A DNA stretch of 64,000 nucleotides from Patescibacteria group bacterium (GTDB taxonomy: Bacteria > Patescibacteriota > JAHJAL01): assembly GCA_049322675.1 (NCBI GenBank), contig JBMORM010000025.1, positions 128,520 to 192,519 of the forward strand. Direction: 5' to 3'. Below the pieces are notes generated by a model. It made no database searches, had not been told where the DNA came from, and worked only from the letters and a program-made list of their open reading frames with translations. The position numbers and the translations under genes were made by a program. Below, one piece after another: positions 17,845 through 28,129 of this stretch. The first letter of the stretch is position 1. Every line of letters begins with the position of its first letter.

Positions 17845-17944
17845 ATTTTTTGTTTCTACTTTAATAAAAATAACCTTTGATGAGGTTGTTTTTTTTGTGT
17901 CCAAATGTTATGTTGGTTTCTGGCCTATTTTTCCGTAAATACTC

Positions 17945-17973
17945 TTGACAATTGGCTTTTCAAGTGATATGGT
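17945..17973 (+). promoter_or_regulatory. Sigma70-like promoter TTGACA-17-TATGGT embedded in a conserved ~44-bp motif
   Basis: cgtaaatactcTTGACAattggcttttcaaGTGATAtGGTGgga is about 80% identical to 8601-8644. Confidence 0.5.
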
Positions 17974-18017
17974 GGGATAAAACTTTATCATATATCTAAG
18001 GGAAATAAAATAATTTT

Positions 18018-21000
18018 ATGGTGAACAAAATGAAAAATTTATTTGCAAGTGTTCCTAAAAAGGTTAAATCCTTTTTGGTGGGAGTGGTGGCAATGGGTAT
18101 GTTATTGCCGACTATTTTACCTGGATTGGGAAATTCTGCAATGGCTGCGTCTCCTGTGTTTAATGATCAAGCCAATGATTATGCGACATTGAGAGTAGCC
18201 AATGCCAATAATCCCAGTGTTTTTAGTACCAGCGTGAATGCCAATCCTGGAGATCAGGTAATTTATAGTATTTATGTTCATAATACTGTTCTGGATACAA
18301 CCGCTATCAATACTGCTGTAAGAGCGGCTATTGATACTCAATATGCGACTGCGCATGGTGCAATGGCAACAGTTTGGGCAGAAAATGCCAGTCCGGTAGC
18401 TGGTAATGCCATTGTTTATACAGGTAATACCAGAACAAAAATGGAATATTTGCCCAATTCTGCTTATAGGTTTGTTACTGGTTCAAGCAATTGGGAGCCG
18501 ATGCCTGATGGGGTAATCGGGACTGGTTTGGTTTTGGGAAATGTTCAAGGTTGCTGGGAATATGTACAGCAGGTAATTTTTAGAGCAACTGTTGTTGCAG
18601 AACCTGTTCAACCTGCTGTAATTGGTATTAACAAACAAGTAGCTTTGGTTACCACAGGTGGTAATTCTTATGTTGAAAATGTTACTGCTAAAAATGGTGA
18701 CACTGTTTCTTTCAGTTTGAGTTTGGCAAATACCGGAGGTAGTGCTGCTACCAACGTAGTTGTTAAAGATGTATTGCCAAGTGGATTGGAATTTATCTCG
18801 GGATCTACCAAATTGAATGGTAATCCTGTGGCTGACACTTTGTTTACGACCGGTGTCAAAATTGATAGTTTAGCTGTTGGCGCAGTACCTTCTATTACTT
18901 TCCAAGCGAAAGTGACTGCAAGTACACCTGGTGTTTTGACAAATACGGGCACGGCGACGGCAGATAGTTTGGGACAGGTAAGTGATACTGCTACTGTGAC
19001 TATTCAACAAGTTTTGCAACCGGCTTTGGGTATTGCTAAAACTGTTTTAAATAATAGTTTAGTTGGCGGCACTTTTGCTGAAAATGCCAATGCTAAGACT
19101 GGTGAAACCGTGACTTTCAAGTTGATTGTAAGTAATACCGGTCAGTCTGAGGCCAAGAATGTGGTGGTGGCTGATCAGGTTCCGGCCGGATTGGCTTATG
19201 TCAGCGGTTCTACCAAGGTGGATGGAGTGGCGGACAATACCAATGCGATCACCGGGAATGGTTTAAATATTGCCAATATTGCCGCTGGAGCTTCCAAAAC
19301 GGTTACTTTTGAAGCGACTGTTTCGGCTACTTTGGCTCAGACTATTACCAATACTGGTACAGCCAGGGCGGAAAGTGTTAATCAGGTTGGTGATACGGCA
19401 ACTGTAACAGTTCAACAAGCTGGCCAACCCGTAATCACTATCGCCAAGACAGTGTCTTTGGGTGATGGATCCAGCAATTTTATTGAAAGTGTCAACGCGG
19501 TCAATAACGATATAGTACGTTTTCGTTTGATTGTAAGTAATAATAGCGGAGTTTCCGCTGACAATGTAAAAGTTTGGGATGGTTTGCCAAGTGGTTTAAC
19601 TTACATCGACAATTCAACTACTTTGGATGGAGCGGCACAATCTGGCAATGCGATTGTAAATAGTGGTATTACTTTGGGTACGATGACCAATGGTTCAACT
19701 CATACAGTTATTTTCAATGCTCGAGTCAATTCCAATAGTACTACTTTGACCAACTATGGCCGAGCCAATATCAATGGGACTAGCCAAGTGGAAGATCCAG
19801 CTACTGTAGTGGTGGGTGGAGCGAGTAATACTACCTTGTCTTTAGACAAGCAAGTTGCTCGAGGTGAAAATGGAACTTCTTATTATGAAAGTGTTTCGGC
19901 AGAAAATAGTGAATATGTTCGTTTCCGTATGGTGGTGCGAAATACCGGTAATGTTAGAGCCGACAATGTACAAATTGCCGATAATTTACCAAGTGGCTTG
20001 ACTTATGTGTCTAATTCTACTTACCTCGATGGGGTAAGACAAAATGATACTATAACTTCCAGTCGTTTGGATTTGAGTAATATGGATCCGGGTGTAAGTC
20101 GTACTGTTACTTTCAATGCTCGAGTCAATACTTCGTCCAATTCGACTATTACCAATGAAGCTACTGTTACATCGGATAATGCGACTTTGGTCAGGGATAC
20201 AGCGCAAGTTCAGGCCAACGGTTCTGATAGTGATCCATATTTGGAAATTACCAAAGAAGTTGATCAGGCAGTTGCAGATCCAGGTGACGAATTGAGATAT
20301 ACTATTCGAGTTCGAAACACCGGATCCGGTAATGCCACCAATGTTCGTATAGTTGATGATTTGCCGGAAAGAGTTCGCTATGTTTCGGGTTCATTGACTA
20401 TAACCGGAGATGGTGATGTCGAAGATGATGATTTGTTTGACGATGGTGTGATTATTGATAGACTGGAACCCGGAGATGATGTCTTGATTCGTTTTACGGC
20501 TCGTGTTGATAGTGATATTTCAGGAAATATGACTTTGGAAAATGTGGCTATTGCTCGTGATGATCAAGGTGATCGAGCCGAGGATGAGGTGGTGACAGAA
20601 ATTGAACAGGATGAGGCATATTTGGATATAGACAAGCAAGTTGACAAGTCAAGGGCCAATCCCGGTGATGAATTGCGCTATACAATAACAGTCCGCAATA
20701 CCGGATATGCCAATGCGACAAATGTCAGAGTATATGATGATTTGCCAAGTTATGTTGAAGTGGTGAGTGGCAGTTTGAGTGTTTCCGGTGATCATATTTC
20801 TTCCAGCGATTTGTTTGATAATTATGTTCGAGCCAGTTATCTGGAAAGAAATGATGAAATCAATATTACTTTTAGAGCCAAGATTAGAAGTGATATTACT
20901 ACTGATATGACTTTGGACAATGTGGCACGAGTGACTGCTGATGATGGATTGAGCGATAGGGATGTTGCTTCTACTTATATAGGCGCCAATGTTTTGCAAC

Positions 21001-21548
21001 CGAGTTTCAAGTTATCAAAGTTGGTTCGTAATGAGACCAAGGGTGAATCAACATTCAATCAATCAAATACTTCTGACCCTGGTAATGTTATGGAATACAA
21101 GATTACCTTGACCAATAATGGAAGTAGCCGTCTGACCGGCGTCAAGTTGAATGATATTTTGCCAAGTGGTTTGATGTATTTGGGTGGTACTGCTAAAGCC
21201 AGTATGAACAACTACGACATATCTGGTGATTGGAACAAGGTTGTTGAGCAGGGTGGTGTATTGTTGCCTGACATGAATGTCAATGATATTTTTACTTTGG
21301 TGTTCAAAGTGAAATCGAAAACTGATATTGCTGCCAATTCAACTTTAGTGAATACGGTCAATGTGGTGGCTGATCAAAATGTAAATGCTCAGGCGACGGC
21401 TAGTACATCATTTACACAAGTTGCTCAACCGCAGGAACTTCCCAAATCTGGTCCAGAAGTTGCTTTGGCTGGGTTTATCTTTTTGGCAGTTTCGTCAATA
21501 TTTTGGTTTGTCAGAGAAAAATGGCTTTTGACGACACAGATTATGTAA
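18018..21548 (+). CDS. Giant cell-surface protein with tandem DUF11-type repeat domains and a C-terminal LPxTG-like sortase signal (LPKSG + TM + REKW)
   Basis: N-terminal signal peptide. At least 8 repeats of ~110 aa with the DUF11 signature (TYTITVxNTG...ATNVxVxDxLPxGLxYVSGS). C-terminus ELPKSGPEVALAGFIFLAVSSIFWFVREKW. Confidence 0.65.
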   Translation: MVNKMKNLFASVPKKVKSFLVGVVAMGMLLPTILPGLGNSAMAASPVFNDQANDYATLRVANANNPSVFSTSVNANPGDQVIYSIYVHNTVLDTTAINTAVRAAIDTQYATAHGAMATVWAENASPVAGNAIVYTGNTRTKMEYLPNSAYRFVTGSSNWEPMPDGVIGTGLVLGNVQGCWEYVQQVIFRATVVAEPVQPAVIGINKQVALVTTGGNSYVENVTAKNGDTVSFSLSLANTGGSAATNVVVKDVLPSGLEFISGSTKLNGNPVADTLFTTGVKIDSLAVGAVPSITFQAKVTASTPGVLTNTGTATADSLGQVSDTATVTIQQVLQPALGIAKTVLNNSLVGGTFAENANAKTGETVTFKLIVSNTGQSEAKNVVVADQVPAGLAYVSGSTKVDGVADNTNAITGNGLNIANIAAGASKTVTFEATVSATLAQTITNTGTARAESVNQVGDTATVTVQQAGQPVITIAKTVSLGDGSSNFIESVNAVNNDIVRFRLIVSNNSGVSADNVKVWDGLPSGLTYIDNSTTLDGAAQSGNAIVNSGITLGTMTNGSTHTVIFNARVNSNSTTLTNYGRANINGTSQVEDPATVVVGGASNTTLSLDKQVARGENGTSYYESVSAENSEYVRFRMVVRNTGNVRADNVQIADNLPSGLTYVSNSTYLDGVRQNDTITSSRLDLSNMDPGVSRTVTFNARVNTSSNSTITNEATVTSDNATLVRDTAQVQANGSDSDPYLEITKEVDQAVADPGDELRYTIRVRNTGSGNATNVRIVDDLPERVRYVSGSLTITGDGDVEDDDLFDDGVIIDRLEPGDDVLIRFTARVDSDISGNMTLENVAIARDDQGDRAEDEVVTEIEQDEAYLDIDKQVDKSRANPGDELRYTITVRNTGYANATNVRVYDDLPSYVEVVSGSLSVSGDHISSSDLFDNYVRASYLERNDEINITFRAKIRSDITTDMTLDNVARVTADDGLSDRDVASTYIGANVLQPSFKLSKLVRNETKGESTFNQSNTSDPGNVMEYKITLTNNGSSRLTGVKLNDILPSGLMYLGGTAKASMNNYDISGDWNKVVEQGGVLLPDMNVNDIFTLVFKVKSKTDIAANSTLVNTVNVVADQNVNAQATASTSFTQVAQPQELPKSGPEVALAGFIFLAVSSIFWFVREKWLLTTQIM

Positions 21549-21584
21549 ATGAAATTTTTAAGATTACGATGCTATTTTGTAGCA

Positions 21585-21620
21585 AAAAGAGTTCTCATTT
21601 TTTGAGAGCTCTTTTTTATC
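21585..21620 (+). terminator. Rho-independent terminator after the surface-protein gene
   Basis: AAAGAGTTCTCA-ttttt-TGAGAGCTCTTT followed by TTTAT. Confidence 0.6.
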
Positions 21621-21670
21621 TGAATTAACAATGAATAATTAACAATTAACTGTTAATTATTCATTGTTAA
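21611..21670. repeat. AT-rich palindrome (aacaatgaataattaacaattaac / gttaattattcattgtt) of the AATGAATAAT family
   Basis: Seen directly in the sequence, downstream of the surface-protein terminator. Confidence 0.55.
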
Positions 21671-21736
21671 TTATTAATTCCAACCTTGGGTTTGTGTTAT
21701 ACTTTATAAAGTAATATAAGTTTTATATTGAGAAAA

Positions 21737-22832
21737 ATGATTCATGAATTGGAAAAGCAAGTTGAGATATTGAAATCAGAAGTAAACAAAAATAAGGAGT
21801 ATCTTTGAGGGCACTGGCATATTAAAAAATATTGCTGATTTGGAAAGTAGGACGATGGTTGAGGATTTTTGGCTTGATAGGGACAAAGCGGAGTCTGTGT
21901 TGTCTAGTTTGTCGGCGGCAAAAAAAAAGTGGCAGGTGTGGCTGGATTTAAGTCGGGAGGTTTCAGATTTAGCTGAGTTGATATATATAACCAATGAGGA
22001 AGCTCAGCAAGATGAGCTAGAACAGTTGGTTGCTGATTATAATTTATTGGAGCATAGATTCAAAAGGGCGGAGATCGAGTTGCTATTGACTGGTTCTTAT
22101 GACCATTGTGATGCATTTTTGTCGATTCACTCGGGTACAGGAGGGGTGGATGCACAGGATTGGGCAGAAATGTTGCTGAGAATGTATTTGAGATACTGTG
22201 AAATAAGTAATTACAAGGCTGAAATTGTTAATATTTCTTCTGGAGAAGAGGCGGGGATAAAGAGCGCAATGGTCAAGATTGTTGGCGAAGATGCCTATGG
22301 CTACTTAAAAACTGAGCATGGTGTTCATCGTTTGGTTAGGCAGTCTCCGTTTAATGCCAAAGCTTTGCGTCAGACTTCTTTTGCCTTGGTTGAAGTGATG
22401 CCGATTTTTGATAAGACCATCAATCTGGAAATAAAAAAAGATGATTTGAGAATAGATACTTTTCGAGCTTCTGGTCATGGGGGGCAAAAGGTTAATAAAA
22501 CCGATTCGGCAGTTAGGATTACGCATTTACCTTCTGGTTTAGTAGTAGCTTGTCAGAGCGAGCGTTCTCAGATGCAAAACAAGGAAACAGCGATGAATAT
22601 TCTCAAAAGTAAATTGATTTTATTGCGAGAACAAGAAAATCGAGAGAAAGAAAAAAAGATCAAAGGGGAGGTAAAGCAGGGAAGTTGGGGTAATCAGATT
22701 AGGTCATACGTCTTGCATCCTTATCAGATGGTAAAAGATCATAGGACTGATTTTGAGACGAGTGATACTCATGGTGTTTTAAATGGCGAGATAGAAGAGT
22801 TTATCGAGGCGGCTTTGAGAAAAAGTTTCTAG
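21737..22832 (+). CDS. prfB: Peptide chain release factor 2 with programmed +1 ribosomal frameshift (CTT TGA G at 21803-21809)
   Basis: Frame 0 reads MIHELEKQVEILKSEVNKNKEYL then TGA. Internal SD AAGGAG plus TAT CTT TGA G matches the E. coli AGGGGG TAT CTT TGA C site. The +1 frame continues EGTGILK... through the SPF tripeptide and GGQ (RASGHGGQKVNKT). Confidence 0.8.
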
Positions 22833-22890
22833 TTTTTAATTTCTAAACAATGTATGTTTAAAAATTAAAAATTAAAAATTAAAAATTGTT
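22831..22890. repeat. Inverted-repeat element (AATTAAAAATT units) between prfB and ftsE
   Basis: aatttctaaaca-atgtat-gtttaaaaattaaaaattaaaaatt. Confidence 0.55.
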
Positions 22891-22894
22891 TGCG

Positions 22895-23575
22895 ATGATT
22901 CGTCTCGACCATGTTTACAAAAAGTATGAAAATAATCTGGTGTTGGAAGACATCAATTTAAGTGTGTCTGAAGGAAATTTTGTTTCCCTGGTTGGGCCTT
23001 CTGGGGCGGGTAAATCAACTTTGATTAGATTATTGATAGCCGAAGAAAAACCCTCAAGAGGACAAATATATGTTCGTGGATTTGATATTGCCAAATTGTA
23101 TAAAGGCGATATTCCTTTTTACAGAAGAGGGTTGGGAGTGATATTTCAGGATTTTAAATTATTACCCCAGAAAACTGTTTTTGAAAATGTAGCTTTCGCT
23201 TTGGAAGTTTGCGATCGTACCAATGCAACCATAAAAAATCGGGTTCCGCAGATATTGGATATGGTTGGGTTGTCAACGAGATCCAATAATTTGTCTCATA
23301 AATTGTCGGCGGGAGAGATGCAAAGAGTGGCAATTGCGAGGGCGTTGGTCAATAAGCCAAAATTATTGATTGCCGATGAGCCGACCGGCAATTTGGATCC
23401 GGTTAATTCCTGGGAAATTATGCAGTTGTTATTGAAAATAAATAGTTTGGGTACGACAGTTTTTTTGGCAACGCATGATCGGGAAATAGTAAATTCATTG
23501 AAGAAACGGGTGGTGACGATTGAAAATGGAAAGATCATTCGAGACCAAAAGAAAGATGGAAAATATATACTTTAG
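22895..23575 (+). CDS. ftsE: Cell-division ABC ATPase FtsE
   Basis: MIRLDHVYKKY, Walker A GPSGAGKST, signature LSAGEMQRVAIARAL, Walker B LLIADEPTGNLD. ATG at 22895 (the track begins at an upstream TTG). Confidence 0.8.
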   Translation: MIRLDHVYKKYENNLVLEDINLSVSEGNFVSLVGPSGAGKSTLIRLLIAEEKPSRGQIYVRGFDIAKLYKGDIPFYRRGLGVIFQDFKLLPQKTVFENVAFALEVCDRTNATIKNRVPQILDMVGLSTRSNNLSHKLSAGEMQRVAIARALVNKPKLLIADEPTGNLDPVNSWEIMQLLLKINSLGTTVFLATHDREIVNSLKKRVVTIENGKIIRDQKKDGKYIL

Positions 23576-23590
23576 AAATGGGATCTAAAA

Positions 23591-24496
23591 ATGTTTTTGA
23601 TACGAACTATTAGATTAATAAAACTGGGTTGGATAAATTTTTGGCGTAATCTTTGGTTAAGTTTGATTGCGACTTTTGTCATGTCTTTGACTTTGATGAC
23701 GATTACTTTTTTAGCCTTGTCTGCCTTTGTTATCAATAGTGAAATTGAAAATGTTAAATCTCGTATTGATTACGAGATATTTTTGAATGATGATGTGGGA
23801 CAGCAGGGGATTGATTCTTTAAAAAAAGTAATTTCGGAAAAAGTTGAAGTAAAGGAGATTGAGTATATTGACAAACAAAAAGCAGTTGAGAGATATAAAG
23901 AGATTTTTGGTGATAAAGAAAGTCTGATAAATTATATCGAACAGGAAAATCCTTTAAAAGAAAGTTTGATTATTAGAGCCAATGATCCAGCTGATTTAGA
24001 AAAGTTGAATGATGTTTTAAAACAGGCGGAATTTGCATCAATGGTGCATAGTAGTAGTTATTCGAGAAATAGGGAAGTGATTGTGCGTTTATTGAATATT
24101 ATTGATTTTGTCGAGAAAGCCGGAGTAGTAATTGGTTTGGTTTTTATAGTTATATCGGTTACGGTTGTTTTTAGTATTGTTAGGGTGGCAATATATACCA
24201 GAAAGGATGAGATTGAAATTATGAAATTGGTTGGTGCAACTGATTGGTTTGTGCATGGGCCGTTTATGATCGAAAGTGCCTTATATGGTATTTTGGCAGC
24301 GATTTTCGGGTTTGCTTTTTTGGCAGCGATTTTTTATTATGTCTCAGCGGCGGCAACGGCATATTTGTCAATATCGACAGACTCGTTGATGGAATATTTT
24401 AATGAATACATGGTTTTTGTGATAATCTTCCAGTTTTTAATGGGGTTAATTATTAGTGTTTCTAGTGGTTTTTTCGCGATTAGGAAACATGTTTAG
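23591..24496 (+). CDS. ftsX: Cell-division permease FtsX
   Basis: Directly downstream of ftsE. Four-TM topology with a large periplasmic loop and FtsX-like N-terminus (RTIRLIKLGWINFWRN). Confidence 0.7.
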   Translation: MFLIRTIRLIKLGWINFWRNLWLSLIATFVMSLTLMTITFLALSAFVINSEIENVKSRIDYEIFLNDDVGQQGIDSLKKVISEKVEVKEIEYIDKQKAVERYKEIFGDKESLINYIEQENPLKESLIIRANDPADLEKLNDVLKQAEFASMVHSSSYSRNREVIVRLLNIIDFVEKAGVVIGLVFIVISVTVVFSIVRVAIYTRKDEIEIMKLVGATDWFVHGPFMIESALYGILAAIFGFAFLAAIFYYVSAAATAYLSISTDSLMEYFNEYMVFVIIFQFLMGLIISVSSGFFAIRKHV

Positions 24497-24590
24497 ATAA
24501 GTATTAAGTAACAAGTTTCAAGTGCCAAGTGACAAAAAATAAATAAATTATTTTTGGCTTGTAGCTTGTAACTTTTTTTGAAGGGTAATA

Positions 24591-25784
24591 ATGAAATTAT
24601 TGGGTTACATTTTAATTACATTCTTGTTGTGGGCTGATATAGGTGCTGTTAGAGCAGTAACTGTTAATGAATTGCGTGATCAACAAGAGGAGATAAAACA
24701 CAAGATTGATGATTTGAATAATTTGGTGGAGCAAAAGAAGAATGAGGCAGTTAATCTCGAGAATCAGTTGGCGATTTTTAATGCTAAAATTGAACAACTT
24801 GAGTTGCAAATTCAGGATACGCAATTAAAAATTGATTCGGTTGGAGCCGAGATTGATGATTTGACGAAGGAAATTGGTAGACAGCAAAGAATGCTTGATT
24901 ATCAAAAGGGAATATTGGACGAAAGTTTGCAGATCTTATACGAAAGAAGAGAACAAAATCTGTTGACAATGTTGCTTAGTTCGAAGAATTTTTCGGATTT
25001 TGTTGATCAGGTGACGTATATTGAGACTGTAAAAGAGCAGGTAAAGAAAACAATAGTTGAAATTAACACTTTAAAATCCAGTTTGGAGGAGAAGAGAGGT
25101 GATTTAAATAAGCGAAAGGGCGAATTGGAGGACTTGCAGTCGAGAAAAGTTGGAGAACAACAGGCTTTGGAATCACAAAAATATTCAAAACAAATTTTAT
25201 TGGATCAAACAAAAGGTGAAGAAGAAGAGTTCCAAAGGCGTTTACAAGAGGCGACCCAAGAAGAACAGGAAGTGGAGAGTGAAATTGATAGACTGATTGA
25301 AGAGGCCAAAAAAAAATTGGTGCAAAAATATCCTGGTCTGGTTGACAATGGTGAAGGTTTTGGGTATCCGCTGAGTGGGTCAAATAGAATCAGTGTGATC
25401 GGAGGTGATTTTATGGATCCATATTATGGTTTTGGTTTCCCTCATACCGGAGTTGATTTGGCGGCAGGACAGGGGACACCGGTTTATGCTGCCGGGGAGG
25501 GTGTTATTTTGGTGGCTCATGATTCAGGTGGTGTTGGTTTGAGCTATATTGTGATCCAACATCCCAGTGGTTTTATGACGAAGTATTTGCATATGAGTGA
25601 AATTTTTGTTTCTACTGGTCAATATATCGCTAGGGGTGAGGCAATTGGTCTATCTGGTGGTGCGCCCGGCACAAATGGGGCTGGTTTTTTTACAACCGGT
25701 CCGCATTTACATTTTGAAATAAATGATGCCAATGGAAATGCAGTCAATCCTCATGAATTTTTGGAAATTGAGTTACCTTATTAA
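24591..25784 (+). CDS. EnvC-like coiled-coil M23 peptidase (murein hydrolase activator)
   Basis: Signal peptide; ~230 aa of coiled coil; C-terminal M23/LytM domain (HTGVDLAAGQGTPVYAAGEGVI...HLHFEI). Forms the classic ftsEX-envC cluster. Confidence 0.7.
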   Translation: MKLLGYILITFLLWADIGAVRAVTVNELRDQQEEIKHKIDDLNNLVEQKKNEAVNLENQLAIFNAKIEQLELQIQDTQLKIDSVGAEIDDLTKEIGRQQRMLDYQKGILDESLQILYERREQNLLTMLLSSKNFSDFVDQVTYIETVKEQVKKTIVEINTLKSSLEEKRGDLNKRKGELEDLQSRKVGEQQALESQKYSKQILLDQTKGEEEEFQRRLQEATQEEQEVESEIDRLIEEAKKKLVQKYPGLVDNGEGFGYPLSGSNRISVIGGDFMDPYYGFGFPHTGVDLAAGQGTPVYAAGEGVILVAHDSGGVGLSYIVIQHPSGFMTKYLHMSEIFVSTGQYIARGEAIGLSGGAPGTNGAGFFTTGPHLHFEINDANGNAVNPHEFLEIELPY

Positions 25785-25810
25785 TTCAAATTAACAATTA
25801 ATAATGAAAA

Positions 25811-26038
25811 ATGAATAATAATGTTGAAGAAAAATTTTTTCTAGGCAAAAATGAATTGTCTGAATTTATGCTTGAGGATAAAGTAAAAGCTGCTTTGTAT
25901 GCAGCTTTGGGAGACTATAATGGCGAAGATAAGCAGCGCATATTTGAAAGATCATGGGAGGAAATAATACATTACAAAAAGTCGATAATTGAAACATGTT
26001 TGAAAATTAAAGAAATTATAAAAAATGGTAAAAAATAG
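25811..26038 (+). CDS. Small hypothetical protein (75 aa)
   Basis: ORF only; it overlaps the start of the next gene. Confidence 0.25.
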   Translation: MNNNVEEKFFLGKNELSEFMLEDKVKAALYAALGDYNGEDKQRIFERSWEEIIHYKKSIIETCLKIKEIIKNGKK

Positions 26039-27257
26039 GTATGACAAACCCGAATTATTAGCACCGGCTGGTGATCTTGAGAGATTAAAGATCGCTTTTT
26101 TGTATGGGGCGGATGCAGTTTATTGTGGAGTACCAGAATATGGTATGCGTGTAAAAGAGATAGAATTCGATTTGGAAAGTTTGGAAGAGGGAGTGAGGTT
26201 TGCACATGAATTGGGAAAGAGGGTCTATATTACGGTCAATATTTTTGCACATAACGAAAATTTTAATAATTTGCCTGATTTTTTACATAAATTGGAAAAA
26301 ATTGGGGTTGATGGTTTGATAGTTGCCGATCCGGGTATTTTACAAGTTGTATGGGAAGAAAAAATAAAAATACCAATTCATCTTAGTACCCAGGCCAATG
26401 TGACCAATTGGAAGTCGGTAGAATTTTGGATGAAAAATAATATTAATAGGGTGGTATTGGCACGAGAGTTGTCGCATCTGGAAATAAGTGAAATAAAAAA
26501 GAGACTTCCAAAGGCAAATTTGGAGATATTTGTTCATGGGGCTTTGTGTATGTCGGTTTCCGGCAGATGTCATATTAGTAATTATTTTAATAAGCGAGAT
26601 GCCAACCGGGGAAATTGTAGCCACTGTTGTCGTTGGGAATATAATGTCTATGTTGAAGAAAAGACAAGGCCTGGCGAGATGATGCTGGTTGAGGAAGACG
26701 AGCGTGGAAGTTATTTTTTTAATTCCAAAGATTTATGCTTGATCGATTGTATGGATGAAGTGTTAAAAACGGGGGCAATGAGTTTAAAGATAGAAGGTCG
26801 AAATAAGACAGAATTTTATGTGGCTACCGTAGTCAGGGCATACAGACAAGCTTTGGATATGATTTTTGACGATCTTAAGTCATATAAAAAAAATAAAAAG
26901 AAATTTGTTGGTGACTTGATGTCGATAAATACAAGGGGTTTTACGCATGGTTTTTTTATGGAAAATCAGGCGGATATTTCAAATTATAATGAGAGATCGG
27001 GTGGGGGAGATAGGCAATACGTTGGTAAAGTTATTGGGAGGGTTGGCGAATTGACAAAAATTTTGGCAAAAAACCAGATGAAATTGACTGACGAGTTTGA
27101 GTTGTTTTCTCCAAGTACGACACATAAACTTAAAATAAAAGAATTTCTCAATGATCAAGAAGAGAAAATTGGTGAAGTGGTCAATACAAATGATATTTTT
27201 TTTATTAAAAATGATTTTCCCTTGCCAGATTCGACGATGATAAGAAAGGTTTTGTAA
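26025..27257 (+). CDS. Peptidase U32 family protein (YhbU/TrhP-like)
   Basis: ELLAPAGDLERLKIAFLYGADAVY plus a Cys-rich region (CMSVSGRCHISNYF...CSHCCRW), typical of the U32 family. Confidence 0.75.
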   Translation: MVKNRYDKPELLAPAGDLERLKIAFLYGADAVYCGVPEYGMRVKEIEFDLESLEEGVRFAHELGKRVYITVNIFAHNENFNNLPDFLHKLEKIGVDGLIVADPGILQVVWEEKIKIPIHLSTQANVTNWKSVEFWMKNNINRVVLARELSHLEISEIKKRLPKANLEIFVHGALCMSVSGRCHISNYFNKRDANRGNCSHCCRWEYNVYVEEKTRPGEMMLVEEDERGSYFFNSKDLCLIDCMDEVLKTGAMSLKIEGRNKTEFYVATVVRAYRQALDMIFDDLKSYKKNKKKFVGDLMSINTRGFTHGFFMENQADISNYNERSGGGDRQYVGKVIGRVGELTKILAKNQMKLTDEFELFSPSTTHKLKIKEFLNDQEEKIGEVVNTNDIFFIKNDFPLPDSTMIRKVL

Positions 27258-27307
27258 AAGCTATTATGATAAAATATATGTGTTTATAAAATAATAGGGA
27301 GAAAAAA

Positions 27308-28105
27308 ATGGAATTGATTTTTGTTCTTCTCGGGTCGGCCTTTCCGATTTTAATTGTTCTTTTTTTTGTTTTATTGTCCACTGTAAAACAAATAAATCAA
27401 TATGAAGTGGGTGTGAGATTTACTTTTGGAAAATATTCCGGTTTGATGGCTCCTGGTTGGCGGATTTTGCTGCCAATAATTCAAGGATGGAAAAAAATAG
27501 ATATGAGGACTAGGGTAGTAGATGTGCCGGAACAGGAAACAATAACAAAGGATAATATTGCTGTTAAAATTAGCGCAGTAATTTATTATAAAGTAATTGC
27601 AGCTGATCGAGCTGTTTTGGCGGTTGAGGACTATAATTATGCAATTTATCAATTGGCACAGGTGACAATGCGAAATATTATTGGTGAAGTGGAAATGGAT
27701 GAATTGTTGTCGAAAAGAGATGAAATATCAGCGAAAATTAAGGATATAGTAGAGAAAACAACTGATGTTTGGGGAGTAGAAGTGGAAAATGTTGCCTTGA
27801 AAGATATTATTTTGCCTGAGAATATGGTAAGAACTATTGCCAAGCAAGCAGAGTCGGAACGAGAAAAGAGAGCGGTTATTATTAAAGCCGAAGGCGAAAA
27901 GATAGCGGCTGACAATTTGGCGGAGGCGGCACAAAAATTATCTTCTGTTCCAGGCGCTATGCATTTGCGAACTTTGAGCACTATCAATGATTTGAGTAGT
28001 GATGACTCCAATACGGTTATTTTTGCGGTGCCTCTAGAAATACTTCGGGCTTTTGAGAGTTATATTGATAAAAATAATTTTGAAATAAATGCTAAAAAGA
28101 AATAA
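27308..28105 (+). CDS. SPFH/band-7 (stomatin/prohibitin-like) membrane protein
   Basis: N-terminal TM segment followed by an SPFH domain (YEVGVRFTFGKYSG...DNIAVKISAVIYYKV). Confidence 0.7.
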   Translation: MELIFVLLGSAFPILIVLFFVLLSTVKQINQYEVGVRFTFGKYSGLMAPGWRILLPIIQGWKKIDMRTRVVDVPEQETITKDNIAVKISAVIYYKVIAADRAVLAVEDYNYAIYQLAQVTMRNIIGEVEMDELLSKRDEISAKIKDIVEKTTDVWGVEVENVALKDIILPENMVRTIAKQAESEREKRAVIIKAEGEKIAADNLAEAAQKLSSVPGAMHLRTLSTINDLSSDDSNTVIFAVPLEILRAFESYIDKNNFEINAKKK

Positions 28106-28129
28106 TTAATTAACAAAGGAGAAGATAAA

